A model generated the notes under the pieces. It had not been told where the DNA came from, did not search any database, and worked only from the letters and a program-made list of their open reading frames with translations. The translations under genes and the position numbers were made by a program. Source: Botryllus schlosseri (lineage: Eukaryota). From it: a DNA stretch of 64,000 nt. Location of the stretch: contig CM119371.1 of assembly GCA_051294905.1 (NCBI GenBank), positions 26,910,001-26,974,000 of the forward strand. The letters are read 5' to 3'. Shown here one piece after another: positions 53,120-64,000 of this stretch. Positions within the stretch are counted from its first letter, which is position 1; the number at the start of each line of letters is the position of its first letter.

Positions 53120-54380
53120 CTGTTCGTAGATGCATTATGACATGAGTAGTACACACACTAAATACATTAAACAAACCATTTTTGCCGCAAAACTTCATAA
53201 TTACACGAAATGATAAGTTGATATCGTTAATGTATTCACTAAAAGCGTATCCACCGACTATTGTCAGTAGCGAACTTCAGTAATACGGCGAATCCTATTC
53301 AAAATGTGTGAAGTAATAATAACAAAGCGAATAAGTCTTCAGCATGTTCCACGGCAAAATAGAAAAAAAAAGCGCGATGCTTCCCTAGCTCAATGATCGC
53401 GGTCTGACTTCTCGCTGCTTGATAAAACAAAGTTACTGGTTGCTATTCCGCTTTCGGACAACATCATTTATGGGATTCTGAAGGTGCTATACATCACCGT
53501 GATAATCAGTTTACTCTATAGTCGCTCGCGACTGTACCCTTCTGGAATGCGGAATCTACAATCATAAAACTGCGAAGGGCGATTCTCTGTTGCCATAAGG
53601 AACGTCTCTATATAGCCTTGGAATATTTCACCAATGTTATGTGTCGTTATTTTCTCTTATCTATTACCGAACACGCCCTCGTTTGTTATGTAACGCTACT
53701 GCCAGTGACGTGACGTTCGTGGGGCACCGATCCCTATATGTTCAGATTTAAACACTATAAACAATAAAGGAATAAAGGTTATCCGATTCATTTGCCGATT
53801 GGCTTTTTATTACAATAGTACTATTTGCACGAACGCCAAGTATGAGCTACTGCATATCGACACTGAAGGTGGGTTTGGATGGGAAACACAAACATGTACA
53901 TAAGTATTGGAATGCATCTGCTCTAGCGCTTGCAGCAGCTACAACGTTCGTTGGTTCGCGAAATTGATAGGGCATTGTGTCGCTGCGATTGTCGGATTGT
54001 TAGCCAGCAATAAGTGAGACGAATTATATTTTAAACAATGATCTGTGTGTGTATACATGCTCAAAATTAGTCATTCATAAACACCAACAGAAAATACCAG
54101 TATTATATGCAATTACGTTTTTCACTTCAATATTTTCCAGGCCCTCATTTTCTAATATTAACTCCCGTCTTTTAGATAAAGTAATTGAATTATGTTATGG
54201 CTCATTATTCATTATATAAATAAATATTTAAAGTTCGGCCTTCTTGAAAACTCGTGAATGTCTAGGTTAAAGGTACTGACAAGACTAGGCCTCAGGATTA
54301 AGGTTATGTTGAATCGGCAAGCGTCGTGGTTAGGAATACAAGCGCAAAAGTATGGATTGTTCAAGTCTCACATCACTTAC

Positions 54381-54452
54381 GCATTTCCACGGTAGGCGAT
54401 TCGGAATGTCGCTGTGACGTGCTGCCCATTTCTTCATTTCGTTGTCCAACAT
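54381..54452 (-). CDS. Predicted exon B' (VGQRNEEMGSTSQRHSESPTVEM)
   Basis: TGCAG/GTAAGT, 72 bp, phase 1-1. Distant homolog of the B exons. Confidence 0.6.
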
Positions 54453-54632
54453 CTGCATTTATAAATATATGGCACTTATCATCAAGTCAACAAATTACCA
54501 TATTTTAAAGTCCCTCGCATAGTTGCACTTATTTAAGTAACAAGCATTATATAAACACAATATTCATTATTAAGACAGGGTAATTATACAACACAGGGCC
54601 CGCGTCATTTCATGACATCATTTTCTGCATAC

Positions 54633-54719
54633 CTGAAGACGATACGCTTTTGCTGGGGCAGTCATATATTAGCGGACGCATATCCAACGAGTCATGCGAA
54701 GGGGATAAATGCTGGTGGC
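54633..54719 (-). CDS. Predicted exon A' (HQHLSPSHDSLDMRPLIYDCPSKSVSSS)
   Basis: ATAACAG/GTATGC, 87 bp, phase 1-1. LSPSxDSL..P..VSS shared with the A exons. Confidence 0.6.
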
Positions 54720-54945
54720 CTGTTATAAATAAAATTGAACAACAAACTTTTTTAAACAATTGTGCCGATACGTGGTGATATGCAAGGCTGGGAATTGCCG
54801 AGTGCTTGACAAGACACTTTTCGAGTAAAAGGCGTCCAGTCGAGTAATCGCGTATCAGTTATGGTTACGTCACACACTAGAAGACCAGACCGCTCAATTC
54901 TACACCTTCATCCCAGAAAACAGAATTATAAACTATCAGTTACAG

Positions 54946-55356
54946 CAGAGGCGGGCAACATACGGGATATAGAGTGGCCCGCATACAGTTTCCGGTCTTC
55001 AATGATAATGTGACCCACGGGCCTACATACAGTTGCGATCAAACATTTTCGACCATTAACAATCTAACTGACGTTCACGTGCATTATTTCTCATTGGTTT
55101 CTACGTCTGACATGCGGCCAGAGTATGATGAACTTGTGGACAACGTTGATGGACCAGAGATGTCGCATAGGCTGCAAGAGCTATTCAAGTGCATTGCGTT
55201 AATAATGTAATAAACACTGATTTTGGTCAGTATACTCTAGAGTCTAGACTCAAAGGTTGCAATAGATACGATTTATTTCTTGTATAGGCGGACAAATACG
55301 TGATCAATGTATCGATTCAGGAATCCGGCCCGCCGACTGGAGAAGTTGCCCACCCT
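54946..55356 (+). mobile_element. Charlie-type MITE retaining transposase C-terminal relic
   Basis: CAGAGGCGGGCAAC...GTTGCCCACCC termini. Translation TYSCDQTFS..LTDVHV..STSDMRPEYDELV..SH. Confidence 0.7.
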
Positions 55357-57070
55357 TAAAGCAGGGCATGGTATGGAATGGAATGGAATGGGAATTTTAC
55401 ATATTCCACACCATAGCAATATTCTTCCATACCTTATTCGATACTTTTTTCGTACTTTCGCGACCTGCCCAACCTCGCCAGTGATGTTCCATTTTTGGTA
55501 TGTTGATATGTTGCGGCGTTTTTATTCTAATTATTGTGAATGAAATTATCCATTTAATCAGTCATGGTGCACTAATGATATCCCCAGTGTCTTTATATCA
55601 TATGTCTTTACGAGTGTATGTTGCCTAATCATCGAAGACGGAACGTACAATATATAGGCCTATCACACACGGGATTATTTGGAAATCTCAACAGAATCTC
55701 ATGACATGTAAGTCTAGTGTGGTAACGGACTGCTAGCAGTAACATAATCTACAAGATTACATAAACCGAAGGTATTGTGAAATTAGAAGATTGGTTCCCA
55801 AACCTTTTTTCTTTATTCCCCACAACCTGAAATCTATATTTCCACCCTTTAAAATTGTTCCCTCCAACAAAATTTGGTAAGACTTTGTTTTGTAAAGACT
55901 TGCGATTGGTGAAAGTTAAGATTGCCAGAATTGAACGGCACGCAATGAACAGTGAACTGGTAACCGTAAACACAATGTTGCGCCTCCGTCAAATGTGGGC
56001 ATGTGTGTAAGCTGGCAGAAAAATAGGAACGGCTTCAAATCTTTCCAAATGGAGCGAGGTAGCATCAATTTACATGTGTAAGTGCCAAACACTGCATGAG
56101 CCGGATAAACTTGCTGCTGTTAGATATAAGCTGCCATCAGCTACACTTTCGCACGCTACATAACTCAAAAGAAATTTGTCATTTAATACGTAGCGAGTCC
56201 GGCTATGCTATAGATTAGGGAGTCCGCGATCTCCCTAAATTCATATTCATATACATATGAACTCTCATTATAACGAATCAGGTGATGTTAATTAACACCA
56301 TTTCGCATGTGACTGAATATCAACGTATGCGGGAGATCGCGTGCCGCTGTCCAGTGTCCACTGTCCAGTCGATTCTCACTAATTGGAGGCATTGATAATA
56401 CGAATCGATGAAAGAACAAATTAGCTAATAGGCTTAAATAATAGAGACACGATCGGCATTTCATATAAACGTTTAATAAACGAGGTTAATAATGTAAAGA
56501 ATTTTTTACAAGTGAGTCTATACCCGACCAGAAACCCCTAAGTTACCCACCGCTTCGAAACCACTGCATTAGAATGTATCTTCGAATATAAATTTACATC
56601 ACTGCAATCAGTTTGGTGCATCGGATCAATTATCCATTTTTCGCGCCAATCTCTTGGCCACACATTAGATTCGTTAGCCCAGATCAGGGTGTCTATTCTT
56701 TCATCATAAATGACCAAATTTCATGAAGCTTAATGCATGTTGGAGAACAGCATACCGTAACGTCGGTCCATGACAAGCTACATATTTTTGAATTACAATG
56801 ATGATAAGGCCAAATATTCATTTTAGTTTTTATATTCTCAGAATCTACGATTTTAAAACTCCCTTGGAAGTGGAAGTTGAAATGGAAGTTGTAACGCGAA
56901 AGCGGTCGAATATCATTCGTTTTTATAGTCGATAGATTTGATTTGATTTGAATATTTATTATTAATATTATCTTCTTTCATATGCGCGTAACGCTACTTT
57001 GTTGTCTTCAAATAGATGTCAACCGGGGTGGGTAAGTGATGAATCGAATTTGAGATATTAACTTAGACCA

Positions 57071-59776
57071 TAGATAACTAACCTACGGAATGATGCACAA
57101 CACGTGATTCACGGTCGAGTGATGCGATAAAGGCAGATTTGTCGTCTGTTCACAGCATGAAACGGCAACGTAATTGCCAATCGCATAGATGACGACCCGA
57201 GCGCTCAAATTAAATAAAGTTGATCTTATTTGAGAGCTACCGCCGCGCTGATTCTGATAATATACATTGAACTTTTATCGAGGCAATGGAACCACCCCGA
57301 AATAGCCTTCAAAGTCTGAAAATCGGCATTGCTCTAAACAATCGCAACGGCGCAGCACAATAACCATAACAACGGTCCTTGCGTGGTTGCTATTGTTTAG
57401 AACAGTGGTTTTTAACCTTGTCTCCTTCGCCCCCCAGGGGGCGTTTTGGATTTTGAACGGGGTGGAAACGCTCAGGGGGCGAAATGGGGGGCGCTGAAGA
57501 AAAAGGAACTTACAGTAGATGCTGTAGTGAGGACATATGATTATATAGTTCTATAGGCCTATATCCCCGAGTTCTCACTGTCAACTAACTCGAGAAAATC
57601 TGTCAAATCACAACATTATTCGTTGCACTCATCGCGAAATATCCACCGACGATGTTCCCGTGAAAGCAGTGGTTTATTTTAATTGATGTAAAATTAATTT
57701 GGTTTACTTTTGAATTGCCAATTCCCCGTTAAAACACTCCCGTCTCGCTAGCTTCTCCAAGTCGTTTCGACACCTTCCTATCTTTTCATTGTATCACAGT
57801 TTTGTTGTGTTCTGAAACTATGAAAATATTATTGAACGGATCCTTATACTGATCTAGTACAATTATTCACTACAATATGGCGGCGCCAGAGTATCCATAG
57901 CTCTAATAGCTCGGGTTATTTCCACAAAATGTTTTAACTAGGTATCGACGTATATCGTATCCTGTAGCGCACTGCGTGTCAAAATCGAAAAGGCACTGTA
58001 ACTGTACAACTTTTGAGAGTGACGCCCTTTGTACATTAGAGATGTTTTGAAGCTTTTTGGCCAAACTGATCTACTAAATATACTTGTATTTGCGAGCTAC
58101 AGAATTAAATCGTCAGAATATTTCTTCATCGTGTCATAAAGGATGATACTATTTAGTGTTGTTACCCCATTCATGTTAAAGTTAAGATTTTGGTGGCTTG
58201 GTGAAGTACTAGATTTAATGTGAACAAATCTTTACCACATTCTCAGTTGATTTAGTAGTCTCACAAAGCAATAAAACTAAACCTTATACTATTAACTTCC
58301 CCCTATTGCCAATCGCAGAGGAGAATTCGGGATGTGTTGATCGATCTTGAACGAAATACTGTGGGCCCGTAGGCTAGGGTTGCCATACGTCCGGAATTTC
58401 CCGGACATGTCCGAAATTTCACTGTTCAAACTAACGTCCAGGAGGAATTTCTAAAATATGTCAATAGTCCGGAATTTTGAAGACTTGACGTAGGCTCATA
58501 ATTTCTTCGTAAATCAGCATAAAAACAGTATTTTTTGGAAATATTTATGCTGATGCATGATAGTTTTCTTCGCGCTGCGCGCAATTTACTATCACATTTG
58601 TTGCTTTTGATATGGAGACTACCACCTTCTCAAAATCTGCAATAAAATATAAATAAAAGCAACCTTCATTTACTGGAATAAGCCTAATTGTAGTCGCAAT
58701 TATAGGAGAACGGTAAATTCCTAGATATTGTTAAGGCGGTTTAAATGCTTCATTCAACGAGAGTTGTTCCAAACGGGAGCGGGGTCTTTTGTCTTTATTC
58801 TGGGGTTTGCGAATATGTTGAACGTAATCAGCTTCCAAATTAGCCCGTGAGTAAGTCTGAGCAAAGCTGCTGACTTCTCTTAGTAATTGGCTCGTAAAAT
58901 TTTGATCAGAGCCACGGAACATTTTCAAATTGGAGAAGGAATCGCGACCATAAAAGGTTGGAAACCACTGGATGTGGGGTGTTTATAAAGCTCCGTGGTG
59001 CGCACCGGCATAAGGCTGATAAACAATCTTATCGGTAGGACATGACCACGACTTAACGATGTGCAATTACGCTCCCTGTATTTTCGAACTCATTATCCTC
59101 CACCAGCTCTACCGCTAACTCTGATCATGTGGGCGGAGAGTAATATCTAAATAGGAATATATGGAACGACCAATATTATTGACAGAATTCATTCAAATAA
59201 TTCAACGACCAGATGCATATAAAAACCAAATTCATATAGCAAGCACCCCCCCACCCGAAGTTTCATTGATTACCCTGTAGTGTGGGCTCAAAATCATTGT
59301 TTATTTGGGCGGGAGGAAATTTTTGAAAGGGGTGCTAGAGAAAAAAAGGTTAAGAACCACTGGTTTAGAACAATGCCGATTTTCAGACTTTGAAGGCTAT
59401 TTTGGGGTGGTTCCATTGCCTTGCCTCTTCTTTACATCGCCTAGGCGAAGGTTGGGGTCTGATCCTAAAGGCTACTCCAAGTTGTTTCGACACCTTCCTA
59501 TCTTTTCATTGTATCGCAGTCTTGTGATGTTTTGAAATGATGAAAATATTAATAAAACTGATTGACTGATGAAAATTCAATGGATATCATCAGAATCACC
59601 GCGATTGTAACTTTCAAATAAGATCAACTTTATTTAATTGGAGCGCTCGGGTCGTCATCTATGGGATTAGCAATTACGTTGCCGTTTCATGCTATGAAGA
59701 GAGGACAAATCTGCCGTTGTCGCATCACTCGACCGTGAATCACGATTTGCGTATCTATCCGTAGGTTAGTTATCTA
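57071..59776. mobile_element. Palindromic MITE (TAGATAACTAACCTACGGA termini) split by later insertion
   Basis: Arms ~57071-57345 and ~59371-59776 are reverse complements. Confidence 0.8.
57403..59362. mobile_element. Nested Charlie-type element (contains Blackjack-like end at 58376)
   Basis: TIRs CAGTGGTTTTTAACCT/AGGTTAAGAACCACTG, TSD GTTTAGAA (57395-57402, 59363-59370). Confidence 0.9.
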
Positions 59777-60198
59777 TACATAGACAGTGAGAGATTTTCT
59801 GAGGTATCGCAAGTAGGATCATTGCCATGATTCTGGCAAAATTGCCAAAGCATGGAAAAAAGTACCGAAGTATGGAAAGAACATTCCATACCATACTTGG
59901 TAAATTTCCATACCATACCATACTTGCACTATTCCAAATTCCATACCGAAATTTTATTTCATACCATACCATACCATACTTCGATACCATACCATATCAT
60001 GCCCTGCCTTTGAGTTACAGCATTCGACGGTAAGCGACGGTAAGATCACGACACTAGAAAACTATATATAACTTGTTTCAATATAAGTGATTGCGGGCCC
60101 TTACCATACCTAAAATTTATTCCGCGTTCGATGATTTCACGTCGTGGCGTGAGTTAAGTATTGCATACTTGGGTGTCGACTGTCGAGCAATCACTTAC

Positions 60199-60276
60199 GG
60201 ATTTCGGCGACTGTCGTTTCACGGTGATCCTGTCGCTTGAGCTCAACTTCTTCACGCCTTTGTCGAACTGATGTAT
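60199..60276 (-). CDS. Predicted exon B2 (TSVRQRREEVELKRQDHRETTVAEI)
   Basis: Same splice sites and length as 43867-43944. Confidence 0.7.
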
Positions 60277-60431
60277 CTGTAGAAAGGAGTATTTGTCAAG
60301 CCAATAACTCGTCATTTTCAAGTTTTAGAGTGGTACGAAAATAGAAATATGGGCAACGTGAAATGAACACGCTACGCATGTGTTTAGGCAACGTATGGCC
60401 CACGTTAGTGCATTATATTTTCTATACTTGC

Positions 60432-60554
60432 CAGGGGATGATACATTGCTGTTCGAAACAGTATGGACGACTGGTTTTAATCCCAAAGAATCAAACGAGG
60501 GCGATAACGATAAATTGCGGTCTCTCCACTGTTGTAGAGATGACGGATAAGCAT
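60432..60554 (-). CDS. Predicted exon A2 (AYPSSLQQWRDRNLSLSPSFDSLGLKPVVHTVSNSNVSSP)
   Basis: Same length and GC donor as 45386-45508. Confidence 0.65.
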
Positions 60555-61093
60555 CTGCAGGAAAACGAAAAAGAAAGAAATAGGACTATATATAGTTATA
60601 ATATAGCAATTCACAATCGATTGCAATAATTGAATTAATAATAGATACTGCAAGATGCATCAAAACCACTTACGTACGAAGCAAAAACTATTATCCATGG
60701 CGTCTTGAGTTATCAAAATATTAAATATGTGTATATAGTGCAGTCGTTCTTAACCTTTTGTAAACTGCGGAACACATACGCCAATCTGCAAGCCTTCGCG
60801 GAACCCCAAATTTTCACCGAATCATAAAAACAAATATCTATACTACAATTCACATCTAAATACATATCTAATACATTACTAAAAAATACTTTTTCACAAC
60901 TATGCATCAACCGAATGTTAACAAACTCATCCAAATAGATAGTTCGCATAAAACCAAAACATTATATTGTATATTTATGGCAAATCAGTGTCATCTCTGC
61001 AGTGCCATTTCAGATACCAGTCCGGAATTGCGAGACATCACATTGGAAAACGTCATCGTGTTATTCGGTCGACACGCAATAGCGTCGATACCC

Positions 61094-61566
61094 ACCGAGT
61101 CAAGTCCGAGCCCGAGTCATGGAGTAGAGTGCCGAGTCCGAGTCGTAGTGTTTTGACTCGAGTCCGAGTCCAAGTCATTGTGTCGACTGTTCAGTTACGA
61201 GTTACTGTCATGTGAAACTCACTTTTTACAACTCTGCTCGGTGACATCGAGTGCTTCGCATTTACAAACCATAGTTTTCCTCAATTTTACAAGTTTCTGG
61301 TAGAATTTTCAAGTACCAGTACTGATAGACGAAATATTAATAGTGTGATAACTTTACTATTCTTCGGAATGACTAAGAAATGCCTGAATTGGTAGACCCA
61401 GTCTCGGGGCATGCACGATGATTCAAGTACAAGTCGAGTCGATGCACAAATTGACTCGAGTCGAGTCATTTTTCATTTTTAAGAAATTGACTCGAGTTAA
61501 ATGAAGTCACCAAAAAATCGCGACTCAAGTCTGACTCGAGTGATGACTCGAGTCATTACAACCCTG
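61094..61566. mobile_element. Truncated hAT-like MITE with GACTCGAGTC repeats
   Basis: Ends GACTCGAGTCATTACAACCCTG. Related end starts ~63821. Confidence 0.7.
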
Positions 61567-61628
61567 CTAACCCCTCATCTTGTCACGCGTATTGCTCCAT
61601 AGTACAGCAACCAAAATTACCATGTTAC

Positions 61629-61748
61629 CCTTGGAAACATCAGTGACATTCCACATTTTCAGTCTTCGTTGTGTAACAGAGGGTGGAGGCTTGACTGAAT
61701 GCTCATTCCTTTCAGGATTGGTCATTCTGCGTTGTCCTGTCCTCGACG
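61629..61748 (-). CDS. Predicted exon C2 (SRTGQRRMTNPERNEHSVKPPPSVTQRRLKMWNVTDVSK)
   Basis: AATAG/GTAACA, 120 bp, phase 1-1. Confidence 0.6.
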
Positions 61749-63419
61749 CTATTGGTAGATGCATTATGAAGTGAGTCGTACAAGGAATAAATAAATTCAA
61801 CAAGCCATTCGTGGTACAGAACTTCAGAATTGAACGAATCAGTATCTGAATATTGATAATATGTCACTCAAAGCGTTTGCAACGACTCTCGGCAGTAGCG
61901 AATGACAGTAAAAAGGTGAATGCTATTCGTAATGTCGTAGATAGTAAGTCTGTGTGACGTGATAATAACAAAACGAATAATTCTTCGGCATGTTCCACGG
62001 CAAAATAGAAAAAACGCGATGCTCATTCAACTCAATGATCGCGTCATTCATAAACATCTATAGAAAATACCCATGACATTGCCAATAGAGTTTTTCACTA
62101 TTTTCCTTACTCATCCTGACGACGTCTGAAGCAATGCCTCAATTGAACTTCAGACCGCGCGGTGGTTTGTACCATGGCTCTTGTGTCTGCTAGTTTTTTG
62201 TTATTATTACGTCCCATAAACATATTATTTCCTACTTGGCGGGTTTTATCCACCGTATTACTGACGTTCGCTACTGATCATAGTCTTAGCCTGACGTTAA
62301 TATATTTTGAGATCCGGATAGGACGCTTTTAACAGGTTGCAAAAGTTACTATAGCGGACAAGTGAATCGTCGATTTTTATATTTATAGAGCTGATTTCGT
62401 TAGTTTGAATGAGAAAAAAAAGTATTTTATCGACTTGAATCCCGAAATAACCGCTTTTATTTTAGCGGCATTGACTAAAATAAAAAATAGGTATTTTTCA
62501 ACTCGACCCGCGAAATACTCTTAGTCCGAGAGATCGGCCCAACATTACCCGTAAATCATGGTCTTTTTTTGGCATTTTAGGCACAAAAGAAGGCCAAGTT
62601 GCTAAAAAGGAAGACATTTGGGTGAATGGAGGACATTTCTTGAAAAAGTATGACAAATCCTCCTAGAGGACGTATGGTAACCATATCATAGTTAGTTAAA
62701 AGGCTGTTAGTGAATATATTGCCAACGTGAAGCTATTCTTCAGTGTAATACCTGATGCATTGATATCATAATACATCATTATCCCTTCACCCTCAAGCAA
62801 TGTAACTACGACAATTACTAGACTGTAAAATCAATGCTACTGAGACCACTGGTAGACATGATGCGCGCTTTAATTACATTGACTGTACTTATAGTACCAA
62901 CTATGTATTAACTACGTTACCCCCCTCAAGAAAATACTCAATATATATTTTTCGGAATTTTTATCAACACTTTCGATTGAGTTTGAAGGAGATATCATTT
63001 TAATCGCTCTCTGCATTATCCGCAAGCTTACCTTTCATCTCGAATATCATATGCACACTTCTCGGTAGAATGATAATTAGTGCGACTGCTTTTTGACATG
63101 TCAAAATTTTGTCAAAATTGATACTTTAGGACGAAAAATTGTCCCAATTGTTCAAAAAGTTAATATTTTTTGCAACCTGCATTTCGTTTGTATCGTAGAT
63201 GTTTGCACTGTCGATGAACCATATACTATATATAGGCGATGCATGAACTTATCATTCGACACTTTACAGCTTGTAGCCTATTATATAGGCCTACCGGGGT
63301 GGACGGCCCATTGTCTGCTCAATTTGAATCGTAAACGGTCATATGAACTAAATAGGTTGACATGGTATTATGTTCAACGTACCGCAATATCTAAACTGAG
63401 GCAAGACTCGTGGGCATTG

Positions 63420-63645
63420 GTTCTTATATCAAGAAGCGCACGATGAAAAAGTGTAATGTATACTACATTGTCAGAATAGAGCAACAAGGTGTGTAACCAG
63501 CATTGTACGCACAACTTGAGTGTTGACAGCCAACAACTGCTGCTGTTGAACGCTCTTTCTCCATTATAGGCCAGCTACTTAGCATGGACAGACACTGTCT
63601 ACGCGAGAATGTAGGAAAGTATCTTTCGTTGTACTATAACGAGTC
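63420..63645 (+). pseudogene. hAT-like transposase C-terminal relic
   Basis: QPTTAAVERSFSIIGQLLSMDRHCLRENVGKYLSLYYN. Confidence 0.65.
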
Positions 63646-63820
63646 TTCATTATTTTAAACACGAGACATGATGTAACTACTGCCATTAGTTATAGGTCCA
63701 GATTTCGTCAAAATGAAGTTTTTTTCAGGCCAAACTACTTCTTCGAGACATACAGTCCAACCAAAAATGAAGAATAGTAGTCCGATTCTAACATTATGTG
63801 GAAAAACACCTAATTTACAT

Positions 63821-64000
63821 CACTGTTAGGATGACTCGAGTCATCTTTTTCGTATGATTTGACTCGAGTCACTTTGCTAAAATGACTTGACTTGACTTGA
63901 TTCGGCGTATAGAAAATGTCAATTGACTCGTGACTCGAAGCAAAATTCACGAGTCAATTTCAAGTCATCAAGTAATCGGTGTCGATAAAAATCATTGTAT
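63821..64000. mobile_element. Start of GACTCGAGTC-repeat MITE
   Basis: Repeated GACTCGAGTC/GACTTGAC motifs as in 61094-61566. Confidence 0.55.

Larger units (their letters stand above)
55362..60006. mobile_element. hAT-like element with (TATGG)n subterminal repeats, host of nested insertions
   Basis: TIRs CAGGGCATG/CATGCCCTG, degenerate TSD CCTTAAAG/CCTTTGAG. Confidence 0.7.

Noticed and set aside
62108..63050. Complete 5' end of the phase-1 gene (candidate exons ~62110-62185 and ~63030)
   Set aside because: Splice phases could not be reconciled, so left unassigned.
1..64000. Prokaryotic operons, defence systems, rRNA or intact tRNA
   Set aside because: No long ORFs or RNA-gene signatures. 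Spliceosomal introns and eukaryotic TEs dominate.

Overview
AT-rich eukaryotic (animal, probably invertebrate) genomic DNA, dense with DNA transposons. There are no rRNA, tRNA or CRISPR loci, and most listed ORFs are spurious. Roughly half the window is TIR elements with readable TIRs and TSDs: several hAT groups, a PIF/Harbinger with Myb/SANT and nuclease relics, a Kolobok-like MITE and long foldback elements, plus an L2/CR1-like LINE relic. They are often nested 3-4 deep. Host content visible once the TEs are removed: (1) a tandem duplication (~847-5060 vs ~12598-19447), each unit carrying an intact 83-aa two-TM microprotein ORF (57/83 aa identical, 26 replacement vs 5 silent codon changes) and relics of a type-I membrane protein gene; (2) two in-frame spliced exons of a divergent fibrinogen-related domain, downstream of CUB-like relics; (3) an unrecognised minus-strand spliced gene (~36.2-62.9 kb) built of repeated phase-1 exons, including an internally duplicated exon block with a GC-AG intron. 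All alignments and translations were done by eye, and family assignments rest on recalled motifs, not searches.
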